From contig CAZMLK010000001.1 in the NCBI GenBank assembly GCA_964567265.1, positions 262,574 through 326,573 of the forward strand: a stretch of DNA of 64,000 bases, in the 5' to 3' direction. This document shows, piece by piece, positions 43,800 to 52,846 of this stretch. Position numbers and translations under genes: made by a program. The stretch's first letter is position 1. Each line of letters opens with the position of its first letter. Source of the DNA: an uncultured Candidatus Saccharibacteria bacterium. GTDB lineage: Bacteria > Patescibacteriota > Minisyncoccia > Phycocordibacterales > UBA12088. A model generated the notes under the pieces. It was given only the letters and a program-made list of their open reading frames with translations, made no database searches and was not told the origin of the DNA.

Positions 43800-44231
43800 A
43801 TGCAGTCATACCGCGTATGCAAAGGAAGGAATCGTTTCACTTGTCGTGGATGGACTGGAATCGATATGCCGAAGAGAAGGAATGATCCTGATGAGGATCT
43901 CGCCCGTGAAGTACGGATGTCAGGACTCCCTGATGAGATCATTGAGATCCTCGTCTCAATCCTCAAGTTGACGAGAGGATTTACAAGGCCGGCACGGCGA
44001 AAGATCGAAAAGCCATGGGACACGCATACTGTGAAAGCGTTCATCGCATTCCGCAAACGCCTTTCCGCGAAATATCCAAATCTCACCCTCCTTCCGTTCT
44101 ACGTGAAGCGGCCGAAGAAAAGCGTATGGCATTGTGCCTGGCTTACCAAGCGGACCGGGCCGGGAAGAAAGCATCCGTACGCTGCAAGCAGTTCATTTGC
44201 TTCGAATGAACGTTCACAGGCGGCGAGTTAG
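43800..44231 (+). CDS. hypothetical protein (basic)
   Basis: 143-aa ORF. The start is uncertain, with an alternative ATG at 43866. Confidence 0.4.
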   Translation: MQSYRVCKGRNRFTCRGWTGIDMPKRRNDPDEDLAREVRMSGLPDEIIEILVSILKLTRGFTRPARRKIEKPWDTHTVKAFIAFRKRLSAKYPNLTLLPFYVKRPKKSVWHCAWLTKRTGPGRKHPYAASSSFASNERSQAAS

Positions 44232-44255
44232 CAAACGAGGACACGAAGGAGGGGC

Positions 44256-44286
44256 GAAGCCGGCGCGTGAGCGCCGGCTTTTTCTA
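44256..44286. terminator. bidirectional terminator
   Basis: AGCCGGCGC gtga GCGCCGGCT followed by TTTTTC. It lies between convergent genes. Confidence 0.6.
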
Positions 44287-45297
44287 TTTCTGAAGCGAGA
44301 AGTGGCGGAGCGCGCGGTACATTTCAATCACGGAGCCACCAAATGTTGTCTCATGATAAGGGAGACCTTCCGCCTCACAGAACCGCTTTACTATCTTCTG
44401 CGCTTTTCCGAGGTTCGGCCGGGGCAAGTATGAGAATAGATGGTGCTCGATCTGGTAGTTGAGGCCGCCGAGCGCGAGGTCGGTAAGAGGTGATGCATAG
44501 ATATTGCGCGTGCAGATGATCTGCGTCCGATAGGTGACCTTCTCGTCTGCCCCAAGCACCTCCTCACCCTTGTGGTTCGGCGCGAACGAGAACCCCGCAT
44601 ATGCGCCGGCGACGAGCATGGTCACGATGAGGAACGCGATGCCGAGCCAGATTCCCAAGCTCGCGAAGATGATCCAGAAGAGGAAAACGAAATGAATCCC
44701 CATGAGTGCAAGCTCGAAAAGACGGATGGGGCGGAACAAGGTCACCCATGAAAGCGGAATGCTTTTGAGGACGTAATTGAAGTACGCAAGCGGCATGAAC
44801 AGGAAGAAGTACCAGTGCTGGTGCGGCAGGACGTACTTCCGGTACCATGGGCCGCGCGTCGCAAGCTGCTCAGCGGTGAACACAAGCGGGAGATCGATAT
44901 CCGGATCCTCGCCGATCTTATTCGTGTTCTTATGGTGCTCGTTATGGCCGGTGTACCAGAAATCGAGGCTGATGCCGAGACCGAGCGCGTACACGAGCGA
45001 TCCCACCCAGGTATCGGCAGTCTGCGACGAGAACACTTGGTGGTGCGCGATATCGTGCCCGAGGAAGCCGAGTTGCATGAAGGTGATGCCGAGAAACACC
45101 GCATTCAGGAGCTGGACGATGACATTATCGACCAGTGCGATGCAGACAAAGGAAAGTAGAAGGCAGGTGAGCACGACCACGGTGTAAAGGAAATAGAATC
45201 CCGGCCGCTTCCTGAAGAGGTTCGCCTGCTCAAGATCAGCCTTGAGACGGAGATAGGGCTCCATCGATACCGTCGTCGTGTGTGAAGGAGCATTCAT
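44284..45297 (-). CDS. membrane fatty acid desaturase (three histidine boxes)
   Basis: HDIAHH, HNEHH and HQIEHHLF histidine boxes. Start at MNAPSH is uncertain; the ORF is open to 45333. Confidence 0.85.
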   Translation of the reverse strand: MNAPSHTTTVSMEPYLRLKADLEQANLFRKRPGFYFLYTVVVLTCLLLSFVCIALVDNVIVQLLNAVFLGITFMQLGFLGHDIAHHQVFSSQTADTWVGSLVYALGLGISLDFWYTGHNEHHKNTNKIGEDPDIDLPLVFTAEQLATRGPWYRKYVLPHQHWYFFLFMPLAYFNYVLKSIPLSWVTLFRPIRLFELALMGIHFVFLFWIIFASLGIWLGIAFLIVTMLVAGAYAGFSFAPNHKGEEVLGADEKVTYRTQIICTRNIYASPLTDLALGGLNYQIEHHLFSYLPRPNLGKAQKIVKRFCEAEGLPYHETTFGGSVIEMYRALRHFSLQK

Positions 45298-45397
45298 TGC
45301 GCACCAAGTATACAGGTTTAGGGAACGATGCACTATTATTCATGAGGAAATCCGGTCACGCGCCCCTTGCGGACTTTTTTGCTATAGTGAGCACGAA

Positions 45398-47443
45398 ATG
45401 GCAGGATTCAAACTCAAATCAAAATTCGAGCCGGCAGGTGATCAGCCGAAAGCAATCGAAGGCTTGGTGAAAGGCCTTGAAAAAGGAATGGAACACCAGA
45501 CCTTGCTTGGCGTGACCGGTTCTGGGAAGACGTTCACCATCGCGAACGTGATCGAGAAGCTGCAGAAGCCGACCTTGGTAATCGCGCACAATAAGACGCT
45601 GGCGGCGCAGCTGGCGCAGGAATACACGGAGTTCTTCCCGGATGCCGCCGTGCACTACTTCGTTTCGTACTATGACTACTACCAGCCGGAGGCCTATGTG
45701 GCGGTATCTGATACCTATATAGAGAAGGAGGCGCAGATCAACGAGGAGATCGACCGGCTTCGCCATGCGGCCACCCAGGCGCTTCTGACGCGGAAGGATG
45801 TGATCGTGGTCGCATCCGTCTCCTGCATCTATGGACTCGGAAGCCCGGTCCAGTACGAGAAGGTCCATATAAAGGTGGAGAAGGGAGCGGCGCTTTCTCG
45901 CGCCGAGCTCCTTCGGAAGCTCGTGGGGGTCTATTTCACGCGCACGACCGCGGATATCCTCCCGGGCACGTTCCGCGCACGCGGCAACATGATCGAGATC
46001 ATGCCGACGTCGGAGCGGGTCATCTTCCGCATCGAGTTCTCGGCCGATGTCGTCACCGGTATCTCCAAAATAGACCCGCTCACGCGCGCGATCACCGAAA
46101 CGCCCGATTCCTTCTTCCTCTTCCCGGCAAAGCACTATGTGACGCCGGAGGATGAGCGCGGCCGCGCGATCGCGGATATCCGCATCGAGCTCAAGGATCA
46201 ATTGAAAAAATTCGAAGCCGAAGGGAAGATCATCGAAGCGGAGCGCTTGAAGCGCCGTACGAGCTACGATCTCGCGCTTATCAAGGAAGTGGGCTACTGC
46301 AACGGCATCGAGAACTATTCGCGCCATTTCGACGGACGCGCTCCCGGCGAGCCGCCCTATACGCTCCTCGACTACTTCCCGCACACGAAAGACGGCAGGG
46401 CGGACTTCCTGACCGTCATCGATGAGTCGCATGTCACGATCTCGCAGATCGGCGGCATGTATGCCGGCGATCGCTCCCGGAAGACCACGCTCGTGGACTA
46501 TGGATTCCGCCTTCCCTCGGCAATCGACAACCGCCCGCTCAATTTCGATGAATTCTACGCGCGCGTAGGGCAGCGCATCTACACATCCGCGACGCCGGGT
46601 AATTACGAGCGCGAGCACTCCGAGCAGGTCGTCGAGCAGATCATCCGCCCGACCGGACTTCTCGATCCTGAGATCGTGCTCCGTCCCGTGACGGAAGCAG
46701 GCGCATACAAAGGCCAGGTTGCTGACTTCATGGCTGAGACTGCTGCTGCGGTGACGCATGGCGGCCGTGTGCTCGTGACCACACTCACCAAGAAGATGGC
46801 GGAAGACTTCAGCGAATACCTGAAGGAAAAGGGCATCAAATCGGAATATCTCCATAGCGATGTCGAGACTTTGGACCGCATCACGACCTTGACCGAGTTC
46901 CGCAAGGGCACCTTCGATGTGCTCGTTGGCGTGAACCTCCTCCGTGAAGGCCTCGATCTTCCTGAAGTCGAGCTCGTCGGCATCTTCGATGCGGACAAGG
47001 AAGGCTTTCTCCGCTCTGAGACCTCGCTCATCCAGACCATGGGCCGTGCCGCGCGTAATATCGACGGCCGCGTGATCCTCTACGCGGATACCATGACCAA
47101 CTCGCTCACGAAAGCGATCGACGAGACCAATCGCCGCCGCAAGATCCAAGCGGATTACAACCAGAAGCACGGCATCACGCCGCAGTCGATCAAGAAGACC
47201 ATCAGCGACATCACCGAGCTCCTCCAGAGCGAACGCAAGAAGACAGCGCAGGCGCTCCTCGCAATCGAGCAGGATGCGTTCAAGGGAGATGCCGAGGCAT
47301 TCATCCGAGAGAAGAAGCTCCAGATGCAGGAAGCAGTGAAGCTGCTCGACTTCGAAACCGCGGCCGTCCTTCGTGATGAGATCGCCGTACTCGAGGGCGG
47401 AGACGCGAAGCCGAAAAAGAGCGGCACCTATCGGCGTCGGTAG
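45398..47443 (+). CDS. uvrB: excinuclease ABC subunit B
   Basis: GVTGSGKTF Walker A, helicase motifs and a C-terminal UVR domain. ATG at 45398. Confidence 0.95.
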   Translation: MAGFKLKSKFEPAGDQPKAIEGLVKGLEKGMEHQTLLGVTGSGKTFTIANVIEKLQKPTLVIAHNKTLAAQLAQEYTEFFPDAAVHYFVSYYDYYQPEAYVAVSDTYIEKEAQINEEIDRLRHAATQALLTRKDVIVVASVSCIYGLGSPVQYEKVHIKVEKGAALSRAELLRKLVGVYFTRTTADILPGTFRARGNMIEIMPTSERVIFRIEFSADVVTGISKIDPLTRAITETPDSFFLFPAKHYVTPEDERGRAIADIRIELKDQLKKFEAEGKIIEAERLKRRTSYDLALIKEVGYCNGIENYSRHFDGRAPGEPPYTLLDYFPHTKDGRADFLTVIDESHVTISQIGGMYAGDRSRKTTLVDYGFRLPSAIDNRPLNFDEFYARVGQRIYTSATPGNYEREHSEQVVEQIIRPTGLLDPEIVLRPVTEAGAYKGQVADFMAETAAAVTHGGRVLVTTLTKKMAEDFSEYLKEKGIKSEYLHSDVETLDRITTLTEFRKGTFDVLVGVNLLREGLDLPEVELVGIFDADKEGFLRSETSLIQTMGRAARNIDGRVILYADTMTNSLTKAIDETNRRRKIQADYNQKHGITPQSIKKTISDITELLQSERKKTAQALLAIEQDAFKGDAEAFIREKKLQMQEAVKLLDFETAAVLRDEIAVLEGGDAKPKKSGTYRRR

Positions 47444-47523
47444 GAGACACTGTCCACACCTAAGAGAAGAGGGTGGAGCAAAGGGCTATATACTGGTCCT
47501 ATACTCGTCAATAATCTTTTCAT

Positions 47524-48732
47524 ATGCTTAAAGCGGGAGTCGGCGTAAGTAACGGCAGTGATGCATTTCAAGTAGGTACGGAAGCAGCAACAGAAGCGCT
47601 CAAGCATGCCGACGGAGGCGACGTCAAAATCGCATTCGTGTTCGCCTCGGTCCAGTACGATCAGGAGCAGGTCTTGCGGGGCGTCGAAAGCGTCTTCCCC
47701 GGGGCGCATGTCGTCGGCGCATCGACTGCTGGAGAAATCTCGACAGCGGGTCCTTCGAAGCAGAGCGGCGTGACGGTCATGGCAGTGAGGGCCGACCAGA
47801 TCAAGATGTTCGTCGGTACGGGCACCGGCATCAAGGATAATCCGCATGCGGTCGGCGTTTCCGCAGCAGAACAGGTCAAGAAGGCCGCCGCAGGCGAGGA
47901 GCTCAAATTCGGCATCATGTTCGCGGACGGGCTTTCCGGGAATGGCTCGGAAGTCCTTCGCGGAATCCTTCAAGTGCTCGGCTCGCATTTCCCGGTCGTC
48001 GGCGGTTCTGCCGCTGACGACGCGCGGTACAAGCAGACATTCCAATACCACGGGGGTTCCGTGCTCACGGATTCCGTCGTCTTCATCGGCTTCTCCGGTC
48101 CCGTGGAATTCTCGTTCGGAGTGAATCACGGCTGGGTGCCGGTCGGACTTCCGAAGCGCGTCACGAAGGCAGAGGGTGCGATTCTGAAAGAGATCGATGG
48201 ACAGCCTGCGCTCAGGTTGTACGAGGATTATCTCGGCGTCGAAGAGATGGAGCGCATGAAAGAGAAGACGCTTGGAGATCTCGCGCTCTCGTACCCGCTC
48301 GGCATCAAGCAGGAAGGCATGGATGAACTCCTCCTCCGCGCTCCGTTCTACGTGAATACCGACGGATCTATCGTTTGCGGCGCTGAGGTGCCGGAGGGTG
48401 TCGAGGTCCGCCTGATGGTCGGCAGCAAGGAGGAAGCGATCACAGCTGCGGCCACTGCAGCGACGCACGCACAGACGCAGCTCGCGGGGGCGGCTGACCT
48501 GGCGCTCATATTCAGCTGCCATGTCCGCGACAAGCTTTTCGCCAATCGGGAGAAGGGCAAGGAGGAGATCGACGCGATCCAGAAGGTCATCGGCACCGAG
48601 GTTCCGCTTGCAGGATTCTATACCTACGCAGAACAGGCGCCGATCGGCGGCGAGTCTCGAAATGTCGAGAAGTGTAACCCGTCATTCCACAATGAAACAG
48701 TCGTCATCTGCCTTCTCAGGGAACAAGTGTAG
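47524..48732 (+). CDS. FIST domain protein (FIST_N plus FIST_C, stand-alone)
   Basis: Layout and sequence pattern FVFASVQYD...GASTAGEI...GGSAADD...FSCHVRDKLF resemble FIST sensory domains. The overlapping antisense ORF 47428-48522 was rejected. Confidence 0.65.
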   Translation: MLKAGVGVSNGSDAFQVGTEAATEALKHADGGDVKIAFVFASVQYDQEQVLRGVESVFPGAHVVGASTAGEISTAGPSKQSGVTVMAVRADQIKMFVGTGTGIKDNPHAVGVSAAEQVKKAAAGEELKFGIMFADGLSGNGSEVLRGILQVLGSHFPVVGGSAADDARYKQTFQYHGGSVLTDSVVFIGFSGPVEFSFGVNHGWVPVGLPKRVTKAEGAILKEIDGQPALRLYEDYLGVEEMERMKEKTLGDLALSYPLGIKQEGMDELLLRAPFYVNTDGSIVCGAEVPEGVEVRLMVGSKEEAITAAATAATHAQTQLAGAADLALIFSCHVRDKLFANREKGKEEIDAIQKVIGTEVPLAGFYTYAEQAPIGGESRNVEKCNPSFHNETVVICLLREQV

Positions 48733-48753
48733 GTCTGCGCTCATTGCTAATCA

Positions 48754-50022
48754 TTGCCAATAGGAACACCGCGTATGCAACAGGGATATAGCCGCATGCA
48801 AGAGCTGGTACTCGCATCTGCGCTTACCACGCTGGTTTTAGTCGGATTCCTTACCTTGAGCGGTCTCGGGGTTCCTTTTTTCAAAAATGCAGATTCGTCA
48901 CCATCGGTCGGTGTCTATTTGAGCGTGCCGATGCAGCTTTCGACGGGAAAAGAAATCGCAAATGGCGCAACCCTCGCGTTCGAAGAGCGAGGATACAAGG
49001 CAGGTACCGCGGACGTCCAGCTCCTGGTGAATGATGATGGTGATGAGACGGGCAACTGGACCACTGAAAAGGAGGATGGCATCGCGAGGAGCGCAGCCGC
49101 GAACCCGAAGGTCGTCGCCTATCTCGGTACCTTCAACAGCGGCGCCGCGAAAGTCAGCATGCCGATCCTGAATGAGGCCGGCATCGTGCAGGTGAGTCCG
49201 GGAAATACCTGGCCAGGGCTCACGAAACCAGGATTCCTTCCGGGAGAGCCGGGCATCTTCTATCCGACCGGCGTCCGGCACTATTTCCGCGTGAGCCCGA
49301 CCGATGATCTCCAGGGTCCTGCAGGCGCCCTGTGGGCGAAGAATCTCGGATTCAAGACCGTGTTCATCATCGATGATAACGACGTATATGGGAAAGGGAT
49401 CGCAGATCTTTTCCAGGATAGCGCGAAGGTGCTCGGGCTTTCAGTTCTCGACCACATGCACTTCGATCCCATGGCGGCAAACCAGCAGGAACTGATTGAT
49501 GCTGCGGTAACCAAGGCGCTCGCGCTGAAGCCTGATGTCATTTATTACGGAGGAACGACTCCAAACGGCGCACCGGAATTCATCGCGAAGCTGCGCCAGG
49601 CCAGCTCGACCGCCGCTTTCATGGGTCCTGACGGCATCCTCGAGCAGGATTTCATCGACCGTACCGGCAACGACTATGCAGAAGGTGTGTATGCGACCAC
49701 GGTGGGCGCGCCGCCCCTTGCTGTCGATACTCCACGGGCCCGTGCCTTTAGCGAAGCCTATCAGAAGCGTTTCAGCACACAGGCAGGGGTTTTTGCCGCA
49801 TTCGGTTATGAAGGTGCAGAAATAATCCTCGATGCGATTCAGCGTGCACCGGAGAAAACGCGCGCCGCCGTCTTGCAGGAAGTACGGGCGACCAAGAATA
49901 TCGCAGGCCTCTTCGGACCGCGTGCCTTCGATCAAAATGGCGATACCACGCTCACCCTCCTGTCCGGAAATGTCGTGCACGGCGGCCGATTTGAATTCGT
50001 AACGAAACTCCTCGTTCCATAA
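48754..50022 (+). CDS. periplasmic binding protein, LivK/LivJ (branched-chain amino acid) family
   Basis: N-terminal TM/signal segment and a type I periplasmic binding fold (Peripla_BP_6-like). The start could also be 48775 or 48796. Confidence 0.8.
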   Translation: MPIGTPRMQQGYSRMQELVLASALTTLVLVGFLTLSGLGVPFFKNADSSPSVGVYLSVPMQLSTGKEIANGATLAFEERGYKAGTADVQLLVNDDGDETGNWTTEKEDGIARSAAANPKVVAYLGTFNSGAAKVSMPILNEAGIVQVSPGNTWPGLTKPGFLPGEPGIFYPTGVRHYFRVSPTDDLQGPAGALWAKNLGFKTVFIIDDNDVYGKGIADLFQDSAKVLGLSVLDHMHFDPMAANQQELIDAAVTKALALKPDVIYYGGTTPNGAPEFIAKLRQASSTAAFMGPDGILEQDFIDRTGNDYAEGVYATTVGAPPLAVDTPRARAFSEAYQKRFSTQAGVFAAFGYEGAEIILDAIQRAPEKTRAAVLQEVRATKNIAGLFGPRAFDQNGDTTLTLLSGNVVHGGRFEFVTKLLVP

Positions 50023-50025
50023 CCT

Positions 50026-51936
50026 ATGCCGACTGAAGATCAGAAAGTAATACCGCTCCGGCGGCGCCTATCGTTCCAGCTCGGCGTCCCGTTCGTGGCG
50101 TTCATCATGCTGGTCTTCGCGACTGTACTCGCGGGATCATACATCTCGATCCAATTCGATGAGGCGACCATCGCCGGCCAGCCGCGCCGCCTCAGCGAGG
50201 GTGCTGCGAACGAGATCGTCTATTTCTTCAGGAGCCTGGAGGGTAGTCTCAAGGTCGTCGCTGAGAGTACTTCGCCGACGCTTGCAATTTCCCCGATCGA
50301 AGAGACGTATGTCCGGAACCTTCTGCGCGAGAACCCTACCATACTCGAGGTCATTTTCTTCAATGCAAACGGCGAGCGCGTCAGCCGCATCGCGGGACCC
50401 ACCATTCCTGATGTGCTCGAGAAGAATGCTTCGGACACCGATGACGCCGATGTCATGGATGATGCGCATTCTGGGGAGGAGCGCTTCTTGAAGCCGATCC
50501 CGTCAATCTATGACACATCGATCGTGCACTGGATTTTCCCCATTCGAGATCAGCAAGGCGTCGCGAAAGGCTCGCTCCGCGCCACCGTCGATCTCTCGGG
50601 ACTGTGGAGCATCCTCGCGAAATACCGCGAACGCAACGTTGCGACATTGTTCATCGCTGACGACGAAGGTTCCATCATCGTCTCGAACACCAAGCTTCCG
50701 GAATCGGCCTATGAAGAAAGCACCCGTGCACAGATTCGTGCCCGCATGCAGTCGAAATCGGAGACCACGGCGTACCAGGGGATCCTCGGAGGTGATGTCG
50801 TCGGGTTCATAACGCCGATCGCACCCACTGACTGGAGCGTGGTCGCGGAAGTGCCGACGAACAGCTTCGCGGACCGCCGCGCGCATACGACGACGACGAT
50901 CGTCGGCGTGTTCGCAGCCCTCATCGTCCTCCTAGTGTATGAGCTCTACGCCGTACGGAATATGCTTCTCAGGCCTCTTGATGTCCTCAGCCGTACAATT
51001 TCAGAACTCGCAAACGGCAATTATAAGGCGGAGGCGCGCGTCGGCGTCGACAATGAGTTCAAGTCGCTCTCGCTCGTACTCAATGGCATGGCGCGGAACG
51101 TCGATAAGGCGACTTCAAGCATTGTCGTCCGGCTCCAGGAGCTGCTCGGGGAACAGGATCGGAGCTCCAAGCTCTTGATTCGTCGCGACCTCGAGCTGGT
51201 GAAGGCGAATGAGAAGCTGCGCCTTCTTGATGATGCGAAGTCTGAGTTCGTCTCTGTAGCCGCGCATCAGCTCCGGACGCCGCTCTCAGCCGTCAAATGG
51301 GCGCTCCACATGCTCCTGGGTGGAGACCTCGGCGCGCTCGAGCTCCGCCAGAAGGAAGTCCTTTTGAAGGCCGCGCAGAGCAATGACCGCATGATCAAGC
51401 TCGTGAATGACCTCCTCAATGTGGACCATATAGAGAGCGGTAAATCCGAGTACCTGTTCGTGCCCCTCCAGGCGTCCGATCTCATCGGGAGCGTCCTTGC
51501 CGAGCTCCGGCCGATCGCCGAGCAGCGCAGCATCCTTCTTAATTTCGACTCAGGGAGCGCGGTCTCCGGCGAAGTCCTTGGCGATCGCGACAAGCTTCGG
51601 GGCGTATTCCAGAATTTGATAGAGAATGCGATCAAATATACACTGAAGGGAGGTACCGTCACGGTGAATCTCTTCGAGGAAGAAAATCTCGTCCGCGTCT
51701 CTGTCGCGGACAGCGGCATCGGTATCCCTGCGAGCGACCAGCCGAAAGTATTCGGCAAGTTCTTCCGGAGCAAGAACGCTATCAAGATCGCTACAGATGG
51801 CACCGGTCTCGGCCTTTTCATCGTAAAGGAAATTATCAGCCAGCATCACGGCAAGATTTGGTTCGAAAGCATGGAAGGCGTCGGCACGACGTTCCACGTC
51901 TCGCTTCCGAAGCTTGTCCAAAAGCCGAACGCGTAA
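50026..51936 (+). CDS. sensor histidine kinase with a periplasmic Cache-like domain and HAMP
   Basis: TM - roughly 250-aa periplasmic domain - TM - HAMP - HisKA (H-box HQLRTPLSAV) - HATPase_c (N, G1 and G2 boxes). Confidence 0.85.
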   Translation: MPTEDQKVIPLRRRLSFQLGVPFVAFIMLVFATVLAGSYISIQFDEATIAGQPRRLSEGAANEIVYFFRSLEGSLKVVAESTSPTLAISPIEETYVRNLLRENPTILEVIFFNANGERVSRIAGPTIPDVLEKNASDTDDADVMDDAHSGEERFLKPIPSIYDTSIVHWIFPIRDQQGVAKGSLRATVDLSGLWSILAKYRERNVATLFIADDEGSIIVSNTKLPESAYEESTRAQIRARMQSKSETTAYQGILGGDVVGFITPIAPTDWSVVAEVPTNSFADRRAHTTTTIVGVFAALIVLLVYELYAVRNMLLRPLDVLSRTISELANGNYKAEARVGVDNEFKSLSLVLNGMARNVDKATSSIVVRLQELLGEQDRSSKLLIRRDLELVKANEKLRLLDDAKSEFVSVAAHQLRTPLSAVKWALHMLLGGDLGALELRQKEVLLKAAQSNDRMIKLVNDLLNVDHIESGKSEYLFVPLQASDLIGSVLAELRPIAEQRSILLNFDSGSAVSGEVLGDRDKLRGVFQNLIENAIKYTLKGGTVTVNLFEEENLVRVSVADSGIGIPASDQPKVFGKFFRSKNAIKIATDGTGLGLFIVKEIISQHHGKIWFESMEGVGTTFHVSLPKLVQKPNA

Positions 51937-51953
51937 GCGGAACAATATATTTC

Positions 51954-52778
51954 ATGGAGCCCCAGAAAAAGACAACCATACTCGTCGTCGAGGACAATGA
52001 CCTTCTCGGGGATATTATCGTGACCAAGCTGACTGGAAGCGGATACGCCGTCTCGATTGCACGCACAGGGCCTGATGCGCTGAAGCGTATCCAGGAAGAA
52101 GGCTTCGACCTCATCCTTCTCGATATCGTCCTCCCCATGATGAGCGGCTACGAGATCCTGGAGCATATGCGTACGGATCCGCGCACCAAAGGCATCCCGG
52201 TCATCATCATTTCGAATTCAGGCCAGCCCGTCGAGCTTGAGCGCTTGAAGGCGCTCGGCGTGAAGGATTACCTGATCAAGGCGGATTTTACCCCTGAGGA
52301 GGTCCTTGGTAAGATCCGCGCGCTCATGGGCGAACCATCGGGCGCGCTCTCCTGGCCGCCTGGGTTCTCGATCCTCCTCGTCGAGGACGATCCTTTCCTC
52401 AAAGAGCTTCTCGGCCGCAAGCTCGGCAGCGAGGTCAAATTGTTTTATGCGGGCGACGGCGAGGAGGCGGTCCGCATCATCGAGGAAAGCCACCCTGATC
52501 TCATACTCCTCGACATCCTCCTTCCGGGCATCGATGGATTCGAAGTCCTGCGCCGGACGCACATGAACGAGAAGAACAAGGATATCATCGTGATCGTACT
52601 CTCCAACTTCAACCAGGCATACGACATTAAGAAGGCCGAAGAGCTCGGCGCGGATGACTATCTCGTGAAATCGAACTTCACCGTCGATGAAATCCTGACG
52701 AAGGTGCGTGAGCATGTCGCTCGCCGCTATCAGGCAAGCACCGCCGCATCGCAGAATACCAAACTCGTCGCAGGGTAG
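51954..52778 (+). CDS. response regulator with two tandem receiver domains and no output domain
   Basis: Two receiver domains, each showing the characteristic Asp and Lys motifs (ILVVEDND...LILLDIVLP; ILLVEDDP...LILLDILLPGIDG). Confidence 0.8.
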   Translation: MEPQKKTTILVVEDNDLLGDIIVTKLTGSGYAVSIARTGPDALKRIQEEGFDLILLDIVLPMMSGYEILEHMRTDPRTKGIPVIIISNSGQPVELERLKALGVKDYLIKADFTPEEVLGKIRALMGEPSGALSWPPGFSILLVEDDPFLKELLGRKLGSEVKLFYAGDGEEAVRIIEESHPDLILLDILLPGIDGFEVLRRTHMNEKNKDIIVIVLSNFNQAYDIKKAEELGADDYLVKSNFTVDEILTKVREHVARRYQASTAASQNTKLVAG

Positions 52779-52846
52779 CGCCCGCAGCCGCACATTGCTA
52801 TACTCGGTGTATACCCCCTCTATGAACAGAGCGGGGATACATTCAT

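Noticed and set aside
45419-47170. 583-aa minus-strand ORF
   Set aside because: Antisense to uvrB.
47428-48522. 364-aa minus-strand ORF opposite the FIST gene
   Set aside because: Low-complexity Arg/Cys-rich translation with no start context. The plus-strand ORF has a coherent two-domain FIST-like pattern and is followed by co-oriented signalling genes.
52780-52846. Possible SOS box upstream of uvrA (TATACTCGGTGTATA)
   Set aside because: It is not a true palindrome on revcomp comparison and does not match the CTGT-N7-ACAG motif seen at 5009-5023.
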